Assembly: GCA_947624275.1 (NCBI GenBank)
Contig: CANQJR010000003.1
Coordinates: 1-53,610 of the forward strand
From: an uncultured Bacilli bacterium
Lineage (GTDB): Bacteria > Bacillota_I > Bacilli_A > RF39 > UBA660
Direction: 5' to 3'
DNA length: 53,610 nt
The notes beneath the pieces were generated by a model. It saw only the letters and a list, made by a program, of their open reading frames with translations, did not search any database and was not told the DNA's origin. The translations under genes were made by a program, and so were the position numbers. Positions 1 through 9,513 of the stretch are shown piece after piece (position 1 is the first letter of the stretch; each line of letters opens with the position of its first letter).

Positions 1-400
<400 letters not shown>

Positions 401-415
401 TTATATTATTTTATA

Positions 416-1003
416 TTAATCAATTTTATTTACTTTAACAGAAGCTGGTCTAATGACACGCTCTTTTAAAGTATATCCTTTTATCAATACCTCTAATATG
501 GTATTGTCCGGTTTGGTCGGATCTTTATCAACTAACATTGCTTCGTGATAATTGTGATCAAACTCTTTACCGAGGCAATCTATTTCTTGAACGCCATATC
601 TCTTTAGAGTATCACTTAAACTGTTATAAATCATTTGAATGCCATCTAGAACTTTGGATAGATTGGCATCATCACTTCTTTGAAGTTTGAGTGCTCTTTC
701 AAAATTGTCTAGGATTGGTAAAATGTCTGAGATGATATCTTGATTGGCAAACTTTAAGCGATTGGCAACTTCTTCGTCTTTTCTCTTGCGATAATTGATC
801 GATTCAGCTTGCGCCAATTTCAATTTTTCTTCTAATTTAGCAATGTTATCCTTCAGTATTAATACTTCTTCACTCTCTTCAAAAGTGTCATCATTGATTT
901 CTTCTTGTTCACATTTTTGACACTTGTTCGGACAATTACATTTTTTTTCATCGCTAATAGGTTCTTTTTCACTATTAATATTTTTATCTTCCTTTTTTTT
1001 CAC
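416..1003 (-). CDS. grpE: Nucleotide exchange factor GrpE
   Basis: AESINYRKR, LPILDNFERAL, FDHNYHEA, KGYTLKERVIRPASVKV; GTG start 7 nt after AAGGAGA; synteny. Confidence 0.97.
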   Translation of the reverse strand: MKKKEDKNINSEKEPISDEKKCNCPNKCQKCEQEEINDDTFEESEEVLILKDNIAKLEEKLKLAQAESINYRKRKDEEVANRLKFANQDIISDILPILDNFERALKLQRSDDANLSKVLDGIQMIYNSLSDTLKRYGVQEIDCLGKEFDHNYHEAMLVDKDPTKPDNTILEVLIKGYTLKERVIRPASVKVNKID

Positions 1004-1015
1004 TATTCATTCTCC

Positions 1016-2008
1016 TTATCTCTCAATGTTCTCTTTAATAAATTCGAGTAAGCTAACAACGCGATCATATTCCATTCTTTTCGGACCGATGACAACGATC
1101 TTACCTTCTTCTTGACGCGTCTTATATCCAGTTTCGATGACGGTCATGTCATCATCGAGATCGTTTTCCTTGCCGATATAAATATTGATATCATTATTAT
1201 TACCTTTGATATTATCGACTAATTTGACCATGTTGTCGTCTTCTAGTTTTTCTAAAATCTGTCCTACTCTTTCAACGTTGTCAAACTCTTTATGTTTCAA
1301 GATGTTTCCTTTTCCAACGATATCAATATTTTTATTAGTGAAATTGTTGAAGACATTATAAAAAGCATTATAAAGTTTTTCGTGTTCTTCGACATAGTTG
1401 GCAATGATCGGTTTGATCTCATATTCCAGTTTTTGACTAACTTCATCAATCGGCGTACCGACGATTAAATTGTTGATCAAATTGACAGTTTTTTTGACAT
1501 CTTCGAGATCGACGTTTGGCAGTGAGATACTTTTGTGTTCAACACAACCCATGTCAGTGACGACGATGACGATTAAATTGTCATTGTCTAAAGGTATGAT
1601 GCTGATCTCTTTCAATTTGTTATCATGGGATGCTTCTCCCAATTTTATCGAAGTATAATTGGTCATTTCAGCAATCAATTTTAAACTTTCAGCTAGACAA
1701 TCGTTGAATTGTAATTGATTATTTCTAAAGATGATCTGCAATTTAAGCATGTCTTCTGCACTCATCTTTTTCAATTCCATTAAATTGTCGACGTAATAAC
1801 GGTAACCTTTTTCACTTGGAATGCGGCCACTTGAAGTATGCGTTTTCTCCAAGAGTCCCAACTCTTCTAGGGTTGCCATTTCGCTTCGAATCGTGGCACT
1901 GGAACAATTGAGTGTATCACATATTAAATTGGAACCGACAGGTTTAGCTAATCGCACGTATTCTTGAACAATTATTTTTAAAATTTCTTTTTGCCTATCA
2001 GTGATCAT
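1016..2008 (-). CDS. hrcA: Heat-inducible transcription repressor HrcA
   Basis: MITDRQKEILK, SSATIRSEM, HTSSGRIPSEKGYRYYVD, IGPKRMEY; CIRCEs upstream. Confidence 0.97.
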   Translation of the reverse strand: MITDRQKEILKIIVQEYVRLAKPVGSNLICDTLNCSSATIRSEMATLEELGLLEKTHTSSGRIPSEKGYRYYVDNLMELKKMSAEDMLKLQIIFRNNQLQFNDCLAESLKLIAEMTNYTSIKLGEASHDNKLKEISIIPLDNDNLIVIVVTDMGCVEHKSISLPNVDLEDVKKTVNLINNLIVGTPIDEVSQKLEYEIKPIIANYVEEHEKLYNAFYNVFNNFTNKNIDIVGKGNILKHKEFDNVERVGQILEKLEDDNMVKLVDNIKGNNNDINIYIGKENDLDDDMTVIETGYKTRQEEGKIVVIGPKRMEYDRVVSLLEFIKENIER

Positions 2009-2017
2009 ATAGACCTC

Positions 2018-2044
2018 CTAGCACTTATATTACCCAAGTGCTAA
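2018..2044. promoter_or_regulatory. CIRCE operator 1 (HrcA site), abutting the hrcA RBS
   Basis: CTAGCACTT-N9-AAGTGCTAA versus consensus TTAGCACTC-N9-GAGTGCTAA. Confidence 0.92.
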
Positions 2045-2048
2045 TATC

Positions 2049-2077
2049 ATTATATTATTATCGTTAGCACTTGTCAA
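2049..2077 (-). promoter_or_regulatory. SigA-type promoter of hrcA-grpE-dnaK
   Basis: Minus strand TTGACA (2077-2072), 17 nt spacer, TATAAT (2054-2049). Confidence 0.9.
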
Positions 2078-2090
2078 CTTAAATTGCTAA
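2064..2090. promoter_or_regulatory. CIRCE operator 2, overlapping the -35 element
   Basis: TTAGCACTT-N9-AATTGCTAA. Confidence 0.88.
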
Positions 2091-2128
2091 ATTTAAACAT
2101 CTTTTTTTCGACAAAAAAAAGAAGTGTT

Positions 2129-2650
2129 TCACTTCTTAGATTTTTTTATGTCAAAACGATATATGGAAATGAGTGCTGAAATCAATTCAATGGTGCTATC
2201 AAGGACGCCGACATAAGCTTTGACGACGATGTTATAGATGATCCAGAGAATCGATGCAATGGCGGCGACGATGCGGTATAATCGCATATCTTCAGTATAT
2301 AGGGCTAAAAAGAAAATAATGCTGATGATCACTGGTAAAGTGCTCACTAGACCATTGTAAGTGACGAAACCAAAAATGACTACTAATGTCAAAAAGATGG
2401 CGGCCACATAGGGAGGACATTTCCTCTTCTTTTTGTTACACACATAAAAGATTAAAGATCTAGTTATGCCAAACAAACTATTATTTACGCCAGCATAGGC
2501 ATCCAACATTAAATATTCTAATGCATAAAACGCGTTGGCAAAGATTTGGGTTTTTAATACCTTTGATCTCTTTCTAAACTGCAGGCTTATGGTATAAGCC
2601 ACAAAAGCGATAAAAGCAAAAATTTGGGCAACAATAATTGTACTACTCAT
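2129..2650 (-). CDS. YgjV-family inner membrane protein
   Basis: Multi-TM; AQIFAFIA...SLQFRKR...ALEYLMLDAYAG and LWIIYNIVVKAYVG patterns. Confidence 0.7.
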   Translation of the reverse strand: MSSTIIVAQIFAFIAFVAYTISLQFRKRSKVLKTQIFANAFYALEYLMLDAYAGVNNSLFGITRSLIFYVCNKKKRKCPPYVAAIFLTLVVIFGFVTYNGLVSTLPVIISIIFFLALYTEDMRLYRIVAAIASILWIIYNIVVKAYVGVLDSTIELISALISIYRFDIKKSKK

Positions 2651-3239
2651 CTATAACACCTAATTCTTTTAAATTATTAATGAAATCATTACTGATATTG
2701 TCAATGAATTCAAAGACTTCTTCCCTATTGATGACATTGAGTTCTTTTATTTCTGATTTATTAAGAATACATACGGTAGCTTTTGTTAAAGCATTTAATC
2801 CCTCGATAGAAATTTCTTTGATATCCGTTTTTAATTGATGAATTTCTTCGTCTAAAATAGAAATATCTAAATCGTATTTAGCAATTAGTGGCATGTTTAA
2901 ACTGTCGTAATCTTCATAAACTTCAGCATAAGACTTAATGTGGTTATCCTCATAAATGTCATAGCGGGTGATGAAACTGGTAAACCAATAATAATCAGTG
3001 TATAAATGACAATAATATCCCAAATTGTAAGCATTGTCTTTTAAAGCACTACAATATTTATCTAAAAATTTTTCTAATTGAGGAATATCGTCTTTTAAAA
3101 AGTGTGATTTTTCTTTGGTTTCTCCTAAATACTTAGTCGCATCTGGTGCTATACTTCCCAACAAAAATTCTTTTTCATCTAAATGTAAAACTTCATTGAC
3201 TTTTTTAGCTACGCACATGTGCATGATACTCGATGCCAT
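2643..3239 (-). CDS. Zinc-dependent phospholipase C/nuclease P1-like family protein, no signal peptide
   Basis: N-terminal His (MASSIMH), FLLGSIAPD, SHF, LGYYCHLYTD metal-ligand pattern. Confidence 0.7.
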   Translation of the reverse strand: MASSIMHMCVAKKVNEVLHLDEKEFLLGSIAPDATKYLGETKEKSHFLKDDIPQLEKFLDKYCSALKDNAYNLGYYCHLYTDYYWFTSFITRYDIYEDNHIKSYAEVYEDYDSLNMPLIAKYDLDISILDEEIHQLKTDIKEISIEGLNALTKATVCILNKSEIKELNVINREEVFEFIDNISNDFINNLKELGVIDE

Positions 3240-3321
3240 ACTATCACCAGTATAATTATAACAAAAAAGTTCATTTTTTTCTCTTCTTAACCTAAAGTTT
3301 ACTTTTTTTGACAGGCTTTAT

Positions 3322-4074
3322 TCAGACATATTTTAAATATTTGATGACTAAATTATTATTTTTAGTATTTTTGATTATGCCAACAAATTTGTATTTGCCA
3401 TATTTTCTGACACTGAAGATGTCATTTTCTTTTAAGAGATGTGATCCTTTGACCAGCGGTTCATAATTCAGGAAGATCTCTTTATTTTTTATTTTCATCA
3501 TGACGTTGTTACGCGTCGTATTTATTATTTTGGCGATGATGACATCAATTCGCAAACTGGGAACGATAATTTCCTTTTCTTCATATTTATGGTGGTAATC
3601 CGCCAAATAATTCAATGGTCTTTCAATTAGTTCAATTGGACTATTTTTTATGTATAAAAAATTATTTTTAAAATAATCGTCAATCACCTTCAAAATAAAA
3701 ATATAATATTTGCCATCATCGACGACGATATCACCAAACATCTCATCAGTGATGTTCAATGAAAAAACAGTTCCTAAAATGTCTTGGTGGCGCAAAATGA
3801 TTTTGGTTTTTATTTCATATAAGATGACTTTTGGTGGGCTTTGATCGTATAAAATGACTTTATCACAATCCGAATAAACTTTAAAGACTTGATATTCCTC
3901 TTGGCGCAATTTGTTTTTGATGATGTGATAATCTTTGAAATCTAAGAAATAAGTGCTTTCACCACGTCTAATTTTATCAATGTTCTTTTTGATATTATAA
4001 ATACTATCACCACCAAATGACTTGATAATTTTCTCTATATTTATTATAACTTTTTGACTATTAAAGTCAACCAA
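3322..4074 (-). CDS. ylmH: YlmH/Sll1252-family S4-domain RNA-binding protein
   Basis: LRHQDILG, MFGDI, VPSLRIDVIIA, DIFSVRKYGK. Confidence 0.85.
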   Translation of the reverse strand: MVDFNSQKVIINIEKIIKSFGGDSIYNIKKNIDKIRRGESTYFLDFKDYHIIKNKLRQEEYQVFKVYSDCDKVILYDQSPPKVILYEIKTKIILRHQDILGTVFSLNITDEMFGDIVVDDGKYYIFILKVIDDYFKNNFLYIKNSPIELIERPLNYLADYHHKYEEKEIIVPSLRIDVIIAKIINTTRNNVMMKIKNKEIFLNYEPLVKGSHLLKENDIFSVRKYGKYKFVGIIKNTKNNNLVIKYLKYV

Positions 4075-4088
4075 ATGAAAAAGAGAGA

Positions 4089-5075
4089 TCAGTTATCTCC
4101 CTCTTCTAACATAGTGGTTATAAAGATACCATATCCCATTTTATTGCGATTTTGGATGGCATGAGTGACTGCTCCTACCAGTTTATCATTTTGAACGATG
4201 GGACTACCACTCATTCCCTTGATGACACCATTAGTCTTTTTGAGTAAGACAGGATCAGTTATTTCAAATAAAATATTTTTAGTTGCAGTCTTTTTATCAA
4301 TTGAGACAATATTGATTTTAAATTTTTCTTTTTTATTTCCTTCAATCACTGTGTATATATAAGCTTCACCATTAGTTATTTCATCAATATTGGCCACTTC
4401 AATTGTATCTTTGTGATCATATATGCCATAATAAGTACCAAATATTCCTTTATCGGTATTTTCCCTTATATTTCCATAAGTTATATCTTCATTTAATTTA
4501 GCTTCTTTTTCGCCAGTCTTTTTGGATGTTGATTGATTAATTCCCGTTATCGTCGATGAAAATATTTTGCCATCTCTTATTTCGACTTTAGTACCGGAAT
4601 AACCTTCGACTATTTCATGTCCTAAAGCTCCATAAACCGATGTCGTTGGATCGACGTAAGTCAATGTTCCAATTCCCGTTACTTTATCTTTTACATAAAG
4701 TCCCGTTTTGTAGACACCACTTTCATCTAATTCAACTTCTAGTGTAGTTTTAATTTTTTTATTATTTCTTTTCAAAGTCAAAGCAATATTTTTATCTTTT
4801 AAATAGGTATTCATCGCCTTGATCATCTCATCGATCGTCTCAACTTTTTTATCACCGACTTGGATGATGCGGTCACCAATTTGAATATCCGTCGTCTTAT
4901 CGATATTTTGTCCATTGATTTGGTAAAAACCGACGACAATGATACCATCTGATGCGATTTCTATTCCGACATTTTCGCCACCTAAAATAACTTTATTAGA
5001 ATAGGCAATTGCGGAATTAGGTATAATTAATAACCATATTGTTAAGAATATTAGTAGTTTATTTTTTATTTTCAT
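4089..5075 (-). CDS. spoIVB: SpoIVB peptidase (S55) with PDZ domain
   Basis: Signal peptide; GGENVGI and GDRII (PDZ); GLYVKD, GIGTLTY, YGALGH, GMSGSPIVQNDKLVGAVTH with catalytic His/Ser. Confidence 0.93.
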   Translation of the reverse strand: MKIKNKLLIFLTIWLLIIPNSAIAYSNKVILGGENVGIEIASDGIIVVGFYQINGQNIDKTTDIQIGDRIIQVGDKKVETIDEMIKAMNTYLKDKNIALTLKRNNKKIKTTLEVELDESGVYKTGLYVKDKVTGIGTLTYVDPTTSVYGALGHEIVEGYSGTKVEIRDGKIFSSTITGINQSTSKKTGEKEAKLNEDITYGNIRENTDKGIFGTYYGIYDHKDTIEVANIDEITNGEAYIYTVIEGNKKEKFKINIVSIDKKTATKNILFEITDPVLLKKTNGVIKGMSGSPIVQNDKLVGAVTHAIQNRNKMGYGIFITTMLEEGDN

Positions 5076-5121
5076 AACTCATCTCCTTTTTTAAAATAAA
5101 ACTACATTATTATTTTTAGCA

Positions 5122-5148
5122 CAAAAAAAATTACCATAACTGGTAATT
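5122..5148 (-). terminator. Intrinsic terminator of the Asn-rich ORF
   Basis: Minus strand AATTACCA-GTTA-TGGTAATT followed by a T run. Confidence 0.7.
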
Positions 5149-5404
5149 AATTCTTTATGCCACGAAAGTCGTTATGAATCATATTCTGACCTTGAGAGTT
5201 CATGACTTGTTTGGCAGGTCCACTATTATCTTTATGCAAATGATCAAATGGATTATCAGGTTTAGGCATATTGTTTTGCGGATGAAAATTATTATTGATG
5301 CCATTATTTGGATTCATGTTGGTATTTGGCATGTGCATATTGTTTAAATTGGCATTAGTATTTTTAAAAGTATTGTTATTAATATTATTAAAGTTGTTGA
5401 ACAT
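5147..5404 (-). CDS. Small Asn-rich low-complexity protein of unknown function
   Basis: 85 aa with 28 Asn; RBS AGGAGG, extended -10 TGATATAAT (5437-5429) and its own terminator. Confidence 0.75.
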   Translation of the reverse strand: MFNNFNNINNNTFKNTNANLNNMHMPNTNMNPNNGINNNFHPQNNMPKPDNPFDHLHKDNSGPAKQVMNSQGQNMIHNDFRGIKN

Positions 5405-5500
5405 AAAGATCCTCCTACTTCTGTATCCATTATATCACATCATGATTTAATAAATATCAAAGCGCTTATTACTTTACTATTTTTGACAAAAAAAAGAAGA

Positions 5501-5731
5501 TTATTCTTCTTCTATTTGAAAATTGCTAAGACTTCCATCAGCATTTAAAATTTTATTGACGTTTTCTTCAGCATTTTTCAATTTTTCATCACATTTTTTA
5601 GCAATGGTCATAGCTTCCGTAAACTTGTTAATCGCATCGTCCAATGGTACATTACCACTTTCTAGGTCTTTTACGATCGTTTCCAATTTGTTCAAATTTT
5701 CTTCAAAAGTCATTTCTTGTTCTTTAGCCAT
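5501..5731 (-). CDS. xseB: Exodeoxyribonuclease VII small subunit
   Basis: TFEENLNKLETIVKDLESGNVPLDDAI...CDEKLKNAE; downstream of xseA. Confidence 0.96.
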   Translation of the reverse strand: MAKEQEMTFEENLNKLETIVKDLESGNVPLDDAINKFTEAMTIAKKCDEKLKNAEENVNKILNADGSLSNFQIEEE

Positions 5732-5739
5732 ATTTCCTC

Positions 5740-7059
5740 CTATACAACTTTAGTATTTATTTTACCATCGACTAATTCAATTTCTAGTCGATCATCTTTT
5801 TTAATCTTTTTTATGCTCGAGAGAACTCGATCATTTTGGCGCACGATGGCATAACCTCTTTTGATCGTTGCCAAGGGATTCAAAGTCTCCAGTTTGTTGA
5901 GCAACAATACATATTTATTGGTGTTCGCATTTAGATTGTTTTTGATGTCTTGTTCTAATGATTGAATCAATTTGTTTAAGTGTTCTTTTTTATCTTTATA
6001 CAATAGAAGCGGATTGTTCAAAATGTAATTATCCTTCAAATTGTTTAGACGACTTCGATTGTTATTGATGATATTGATTATATTTATCTGTAATCGTTCT
6101 AATAAGTTATCAAATTTTTGTTCTGTCGTCTCATAGATGTTCAAAGGATTTTTTAAAACATAACTATTTTTTAAATTTTCTAAACGTTTTTGATAGAACT
6201 CAATGATGTTAGAAATACTCTTGTTCAAACGAATATAGATCTGATTTAAATAGTTATAGAAATCAGCCATGTTGGGAACGGCCATTTCCGCAGCTCCTGT
6301 CGGTGTTGGAGCTCGTAAATCGCTGACAAAATCACAGATGGTATAGTCAATTTCATGGCCGACAGCTGATATGACTGGGACTTGTAAATCATAAATAGCA
6401 CGCGCGACTATTTCTTCGTTAAAACACCAAAGATCTTCTATGGAACCGCCACCACGACCAACGATCAATAAGTCGAGATCAAACTTTTTAGTCAGCTCGA
6501 TATTGCGAACGATATCTTCTGCGGCTTCTTTTCCTTGGACTAAACTTGGGAAGAGAATGGTCTCGGCGATGGGCCAACGCCTTTTAATCGTCGACAATAT
6601 GTCTTTAATAGCTGCGCCAGTCGGTGCGGTGATGATACCAATTCTTTTGGGCATTTTAGGGATTGGTTTTTTATGCTTTGGATCAAATAATCCTTCTAGT
6701 TCTAATTTCTTCTTCAATTTTTCAAATTCGATATATAAATTTCCAATTCCGTCTTCAATCATTTCGGTAACGTATATTTGATAATTTCCCGTGGCCTCAT
6801 AAACGCTAACTTTGCCCATTACTAGTACTTTGCAGCCATCAGTAGGTACAAATTTTAGTTTAGAAGCATTCCCTGAAAACATGATGGCATTGATGCGCGT
6901 ATTTTCATCTTTGAGCGTAAAATATAAGTGACCACGACTATGCGATTTAAAATTGGATATCTCTCCTTTTAGACAGATGTGATTTAAATTGCTATCGTTA
7001 TCCATTTTATATTTTATATAACGAGTCAATTGAGTAACAGTAATATAATTATCTTGCAT
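5740..7059 (-). CDS. xseA: Exodeoxyribonuclease VII large subunit
   Basis: GEISNFK, GHLYFTLKD, RGGGSIEDLWCFNEE, SAVGHEID, RAPTPTGAAE; start trimmed to ATG 7059. Confidence 0.97.
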   Translation of the reverse strand: MQDNYITVTQLTRYIKYKMDNDSNLNHICLKGEISNFKSHSRGHLYFTLKDENTRINAIMFSGNASKLKFVPTDGCKVLVMGKVSVYEATGNYQIYVTEMIEDGIGNLYIEFEKLKKKLELEGLFDPKHKKPIPKMPKRIGIITAPTGAAIKDILSTIKRRWPIAETILFPSLVQGKEAAEDIVRNIELTKKFDLDLLIVGRGGGSIEDLWCFNEEIVARAIYDLQVPVISAVGHEIDYTICDFVSDLRAPTPTGAAEMAVPNMADFYNYLNQIYIRLNKSISNIIEFYQKRLENLKNSYVLKNPLNIYETTEQKFDNLLERLQINIINIINNNRSRLNNLKDNYILNNPLLLYKDKKEHLNKLIQSLEQDIKNNLNANTNKYVLLLNKLETLNPLATIKRGYAIVRQNDRVLSSIKKIKKDDRLEIELVDGKINTKVV

Positions 7060-7459
7060 CTTCTTCCTCGCTATGAAAAATTTTGTCCAAAGTCGCATTG
7101 ATCATTTTAGTGACCTTTTCATCACTATATTTTTTAGATAACTCAATGGCTTCATTAATGGATACGACACTTGGCGTTTCAGTATAGACGAGTTCATAAA
7201 TGCCAATTGACAAAATGGCTTTATCAACTTTGGATAAGCGATCGATATCCCAATCGACTAGATATTTATTGGCGAGCTGTGATATTTCTTTTTGATTTTT
7301 AATGACACCATTGACCAATTCGTTGACAAAATCATTTTCTAACTCTAATAGGTCTTTGATGATTTTGGATGAGTCATATTCGACATCACTACTTTCATAG
7401 ATATAGATTTGATAAAGCGCTTTCATGGCTATTTCACGCAATTCACTTCGGTTTTTCAT
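7049..7459 (-). CDS. nusB: Transcription antitermination factor NusB
   Basis: RSELREIAMKALYQ, WDIDRLSKVDKAIL, INEAIELSKKYS; start trimmed to ATG after AGGTGA. Confidence 0.96.
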   Translation of the reverse strand: MKNRSELREIAMKALYQIYIYESSDVEYDSSKIIKDLLELENDFVNELVNGVIKNQKEISQLANKYLVDWDIDRLSKVDKAILSIGIYELVYTETPSVVSINEAIELSKKYSDEKVTKMINATLDKIFHSEEEDAR

Positions 7460-7487
7460 AATATCACCTAGAAAAAATTTTATCACA

Positions 7488-7521
7488 AAAAAAAGATAAA
7501 GTCATTATTAACTTATCTTTT
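7488..7521 (-). terminator. Probable intrinsic terminator after obg
   Basis: AAAAGATAA...TTATCTTTT inverted repeat with a T run on the minus strand. Confidence 0.55.
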
Positions 7522-7547
7522 ATTAAAACAAAATATCATTGATCATT

Positions 7548-8825
7548 TTATTTGAATTCGAAATCAAAATCGAGAATGCGGACGATATCGCCTTCTTTTG
7601 CACCAAGTTCAATCAATTTATCATCAATACCCATTTTTCTAATTTTTCGAGCGAATCGATTGATGCTTTCATCAGTATTAAATTTGGTCATTTTAAATAA
7701 CTTCTCTACTTCATCGCCTTTGATTATCCAAACGTTATCTTCTTTTTCAATCGTATAGGCTTCTTCTTTTTTAAATTTGTACAAGACGTGAGATTCAAAG
7801 GCCTCGTCTTCAAACAGTGGCGTTGTTGGAATGGTGTCTAGTAGATCAGCGAGATAGTCGATAACCTCATCTAAACCTTCATTGGCGATGGCACTAACTT
7901 CAAATATTTTTATATCTTTATCTTTAATTTTACTCTTAAAATTTTTTAAGTTGTCCTTTGAGACATCTTGATCCATTTTATTGGCAATGATGATTTGTGG
8001 TTTTTTTAAGATGTTCGCATTAAACTCTTGCAATTCTTTATTAATGGTCAAATAGTCCTCATATGGATCTCTTCCTTCAAAGGCACTCATATCGATTACA
8101 TGCGCAATCACTCTAGTTCTTTCGATATGTCTTAAAAAGCGATCTCCCAATCCTTCACCACGACTTGCTCCTTCAATTAGACCTGGCAAGTCAGCAAGAA
8201 CAAAACTCTTTCCACTACGACTTCGACAAACTCCTAAATTGGGAACGATCGTCGTGAAGTGGTAGGCAGCGATTTTAGGACGCGCTTTACTGACACAAGA
8301 GATGATGGTACTTTTACCCACACTTGGCATTCCCACTAAACCGACATCAGCCATTAACTTCAACTCGACTTTTAGTTCACGCTCTTCACCTGGTTCACCA
8401 TTTTCCGCAAAGTTAGGAGCGGGATTGCTTTGAGTTTTGAAGGCTGTATTACCTCTTCCACCACGACCACCATGAGCTACTATTACTTCATCATTTTTAT
8501 TTTTTAAATCGGCGATGATCAAGTCGGTATCAATATCGGTGATCACTGTACCTTGAGGTACTTTAATGACGATGTCTTCAGCATTGGCACCATTTTGATT
8601 CTTACCGCGACCATTCTCCCCCTTGTCACCTTTAATCGTCTTCATATAGCGCAAATCGATTAGAGTGTGGAGTCCTTCATCGACGACGAATTTGATGTTT
8701 GCGCCTCTTCCGCCATTACCACCATAAGGACCGCCCATCGGTATGTATTTTTCGCGTCTAAAAGCAAGGCAACCATCACCACCACGACCAGCAATCACCT
8801 TTATTTTGGCCTCATCTACAAACAT
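7548..8825 (-). CDS. obgE: GTPase Obg/CgtA
   Basis: MFVDEAKI...GGDG..FRREKY, GMPSVGKST, DLPGLIEGA, NKMD, C-terminal OCT domain; start trimmed to 8825. Confidence 0.98.
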   Translation of the reverse strand: MFVDEAKIKVIAGRGGDGCLAFRREKYIPMGGPYGGNGGRGANIKFVVDEGLHTLIDLRYMKTIKGDKGENGRGKNQNGANAEDIVIKVPQGTVITDIDTDLIIADLKNKNDEVIVAHGGRGGRGNTAFKTQSNPAPNFAENGEPGEERELKVELKLMADVGLVGMPSVGKSTIISCVSKARPKIAAYHFTTIVPNLGVCRSRSGKSFVLADLPGLIEGASRGEGLGDRFLRHIERTRVIAHVIDMSAFEGRDPYEDYLTINKELQEFNANILKKPQIIIANKMDQDVSKDNLKNFKSKIKDKDIKIFEVSAIANEGLDEVIDYLADLLDTIPTTPLFEDEAFESHVLYKFKKEEAYTIEKEDNVWIIKGDEVEKLFKMTKFNTDESINRFARKIRKMGIDDKLIELGAKEGDIVRILDFDFEFK

Positions 8826-8909
8826 ATCATTCACCTCCATCAAATCGAGTATATTTTATCACATTATTTATTTCTTATCAAATAAAAAAAAGAGATTTAA
8901 CTCTTTCCA

Positions 8910-9200
8910 TTATTCAGCTACTGGATAACAACTGACTTGTGTCTTATCTTTTCCTACGCGTTCATATTTAACGACACCAGTTACAGTTGTAAATAAAGTA
9001 TCATCACTGCCACGTTTAACATTGACACCTGGGAAAATCTTTGTTCCTCTTTGACGATATAGAATAGAACCAGCTGTAGCAGTTTGACCATCACTAATTT
9101 TAGCTCCAAGACGACGTCCAGCAGAATCACGTCCGTTGGATGTAGAACCTTGTCCTTTATGGTGAGCGAATAATTGTATATTTAATCTTAAAAAGTTCAT
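8910..9200 (-). CDS. rpmA: 50S ribosomal protein L27 with Prp-cleaved N-terminal extension
   Basis: NIQLF|[28 protein letters not shown]. Confidence 0.98.
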   Translation of the reverse strand: MNFLRLNIQLFAHHKGQGSTSNGRDSAGRRLGAKISDGQTATAGSILYRQRGTKIFPGVNVKRGSDDTLFTTVTGVVKYERVGKDKTQVSCYPVAE

Positions 9201-9511
9201 TATTCTTCCTCCTCTATCTCGATATTATCAGGATAATCCTCATTTAACTCTCTCAATAAATTGATCATATTGTTAATGAGATTATCTACAATTTCATTAT
9301 TTTCTTTTATCACAATTTCAAAATCATCTTTTTTTTCTGAATAACTTAGATAATTCTTATCAAACATAAGAATAGCATTTACTGTAGTCGTAACAATGCT
9401 TGACACACTACTACAAACGATATCTTTACCATATTGATCGTAATCAGCATGCCCTAAAACATCAACTTTAATAATATTATTATCTTTTTTTGATACGAGT
9501 ACTCTAATCAT
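9200..9511 (-). CDS. prp: Ribosomal processing cysteine protease Prp (YsxB)
   Basis: GHA...[10 protein letters not shown] catalytic motif; lies between rplU and rpmA. Confidence 0.95.
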   Translation of the reverse strand: MIRVLVSKKDNNIIKVDVLGHADYDQYGKDIVCSSVSSIVTTTVNAILMFDKNYLSYSEKKDDFEIVIKENNEIVDNLINNMINLLRELNEDYPDNIEIEEEE

Positions 9512-9513
9512 GA

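Noticed and set aside
984-1010. ATG at 1010 with an A-run suggesting a grpE frameshift
   Set aside because: That ATG abuts the RBS and stops after 8 codons; the in-frame GTG at 1003 has proper spacing
2101-2121. Perfect Spo0A box (TTCGACA, 2107-2113) upstream of hrcA
   Set aside because: It lies in a T-run/A-run hairpin that more simply serves as the terminator of the YgjV gene; a 7-mer is expected by chance
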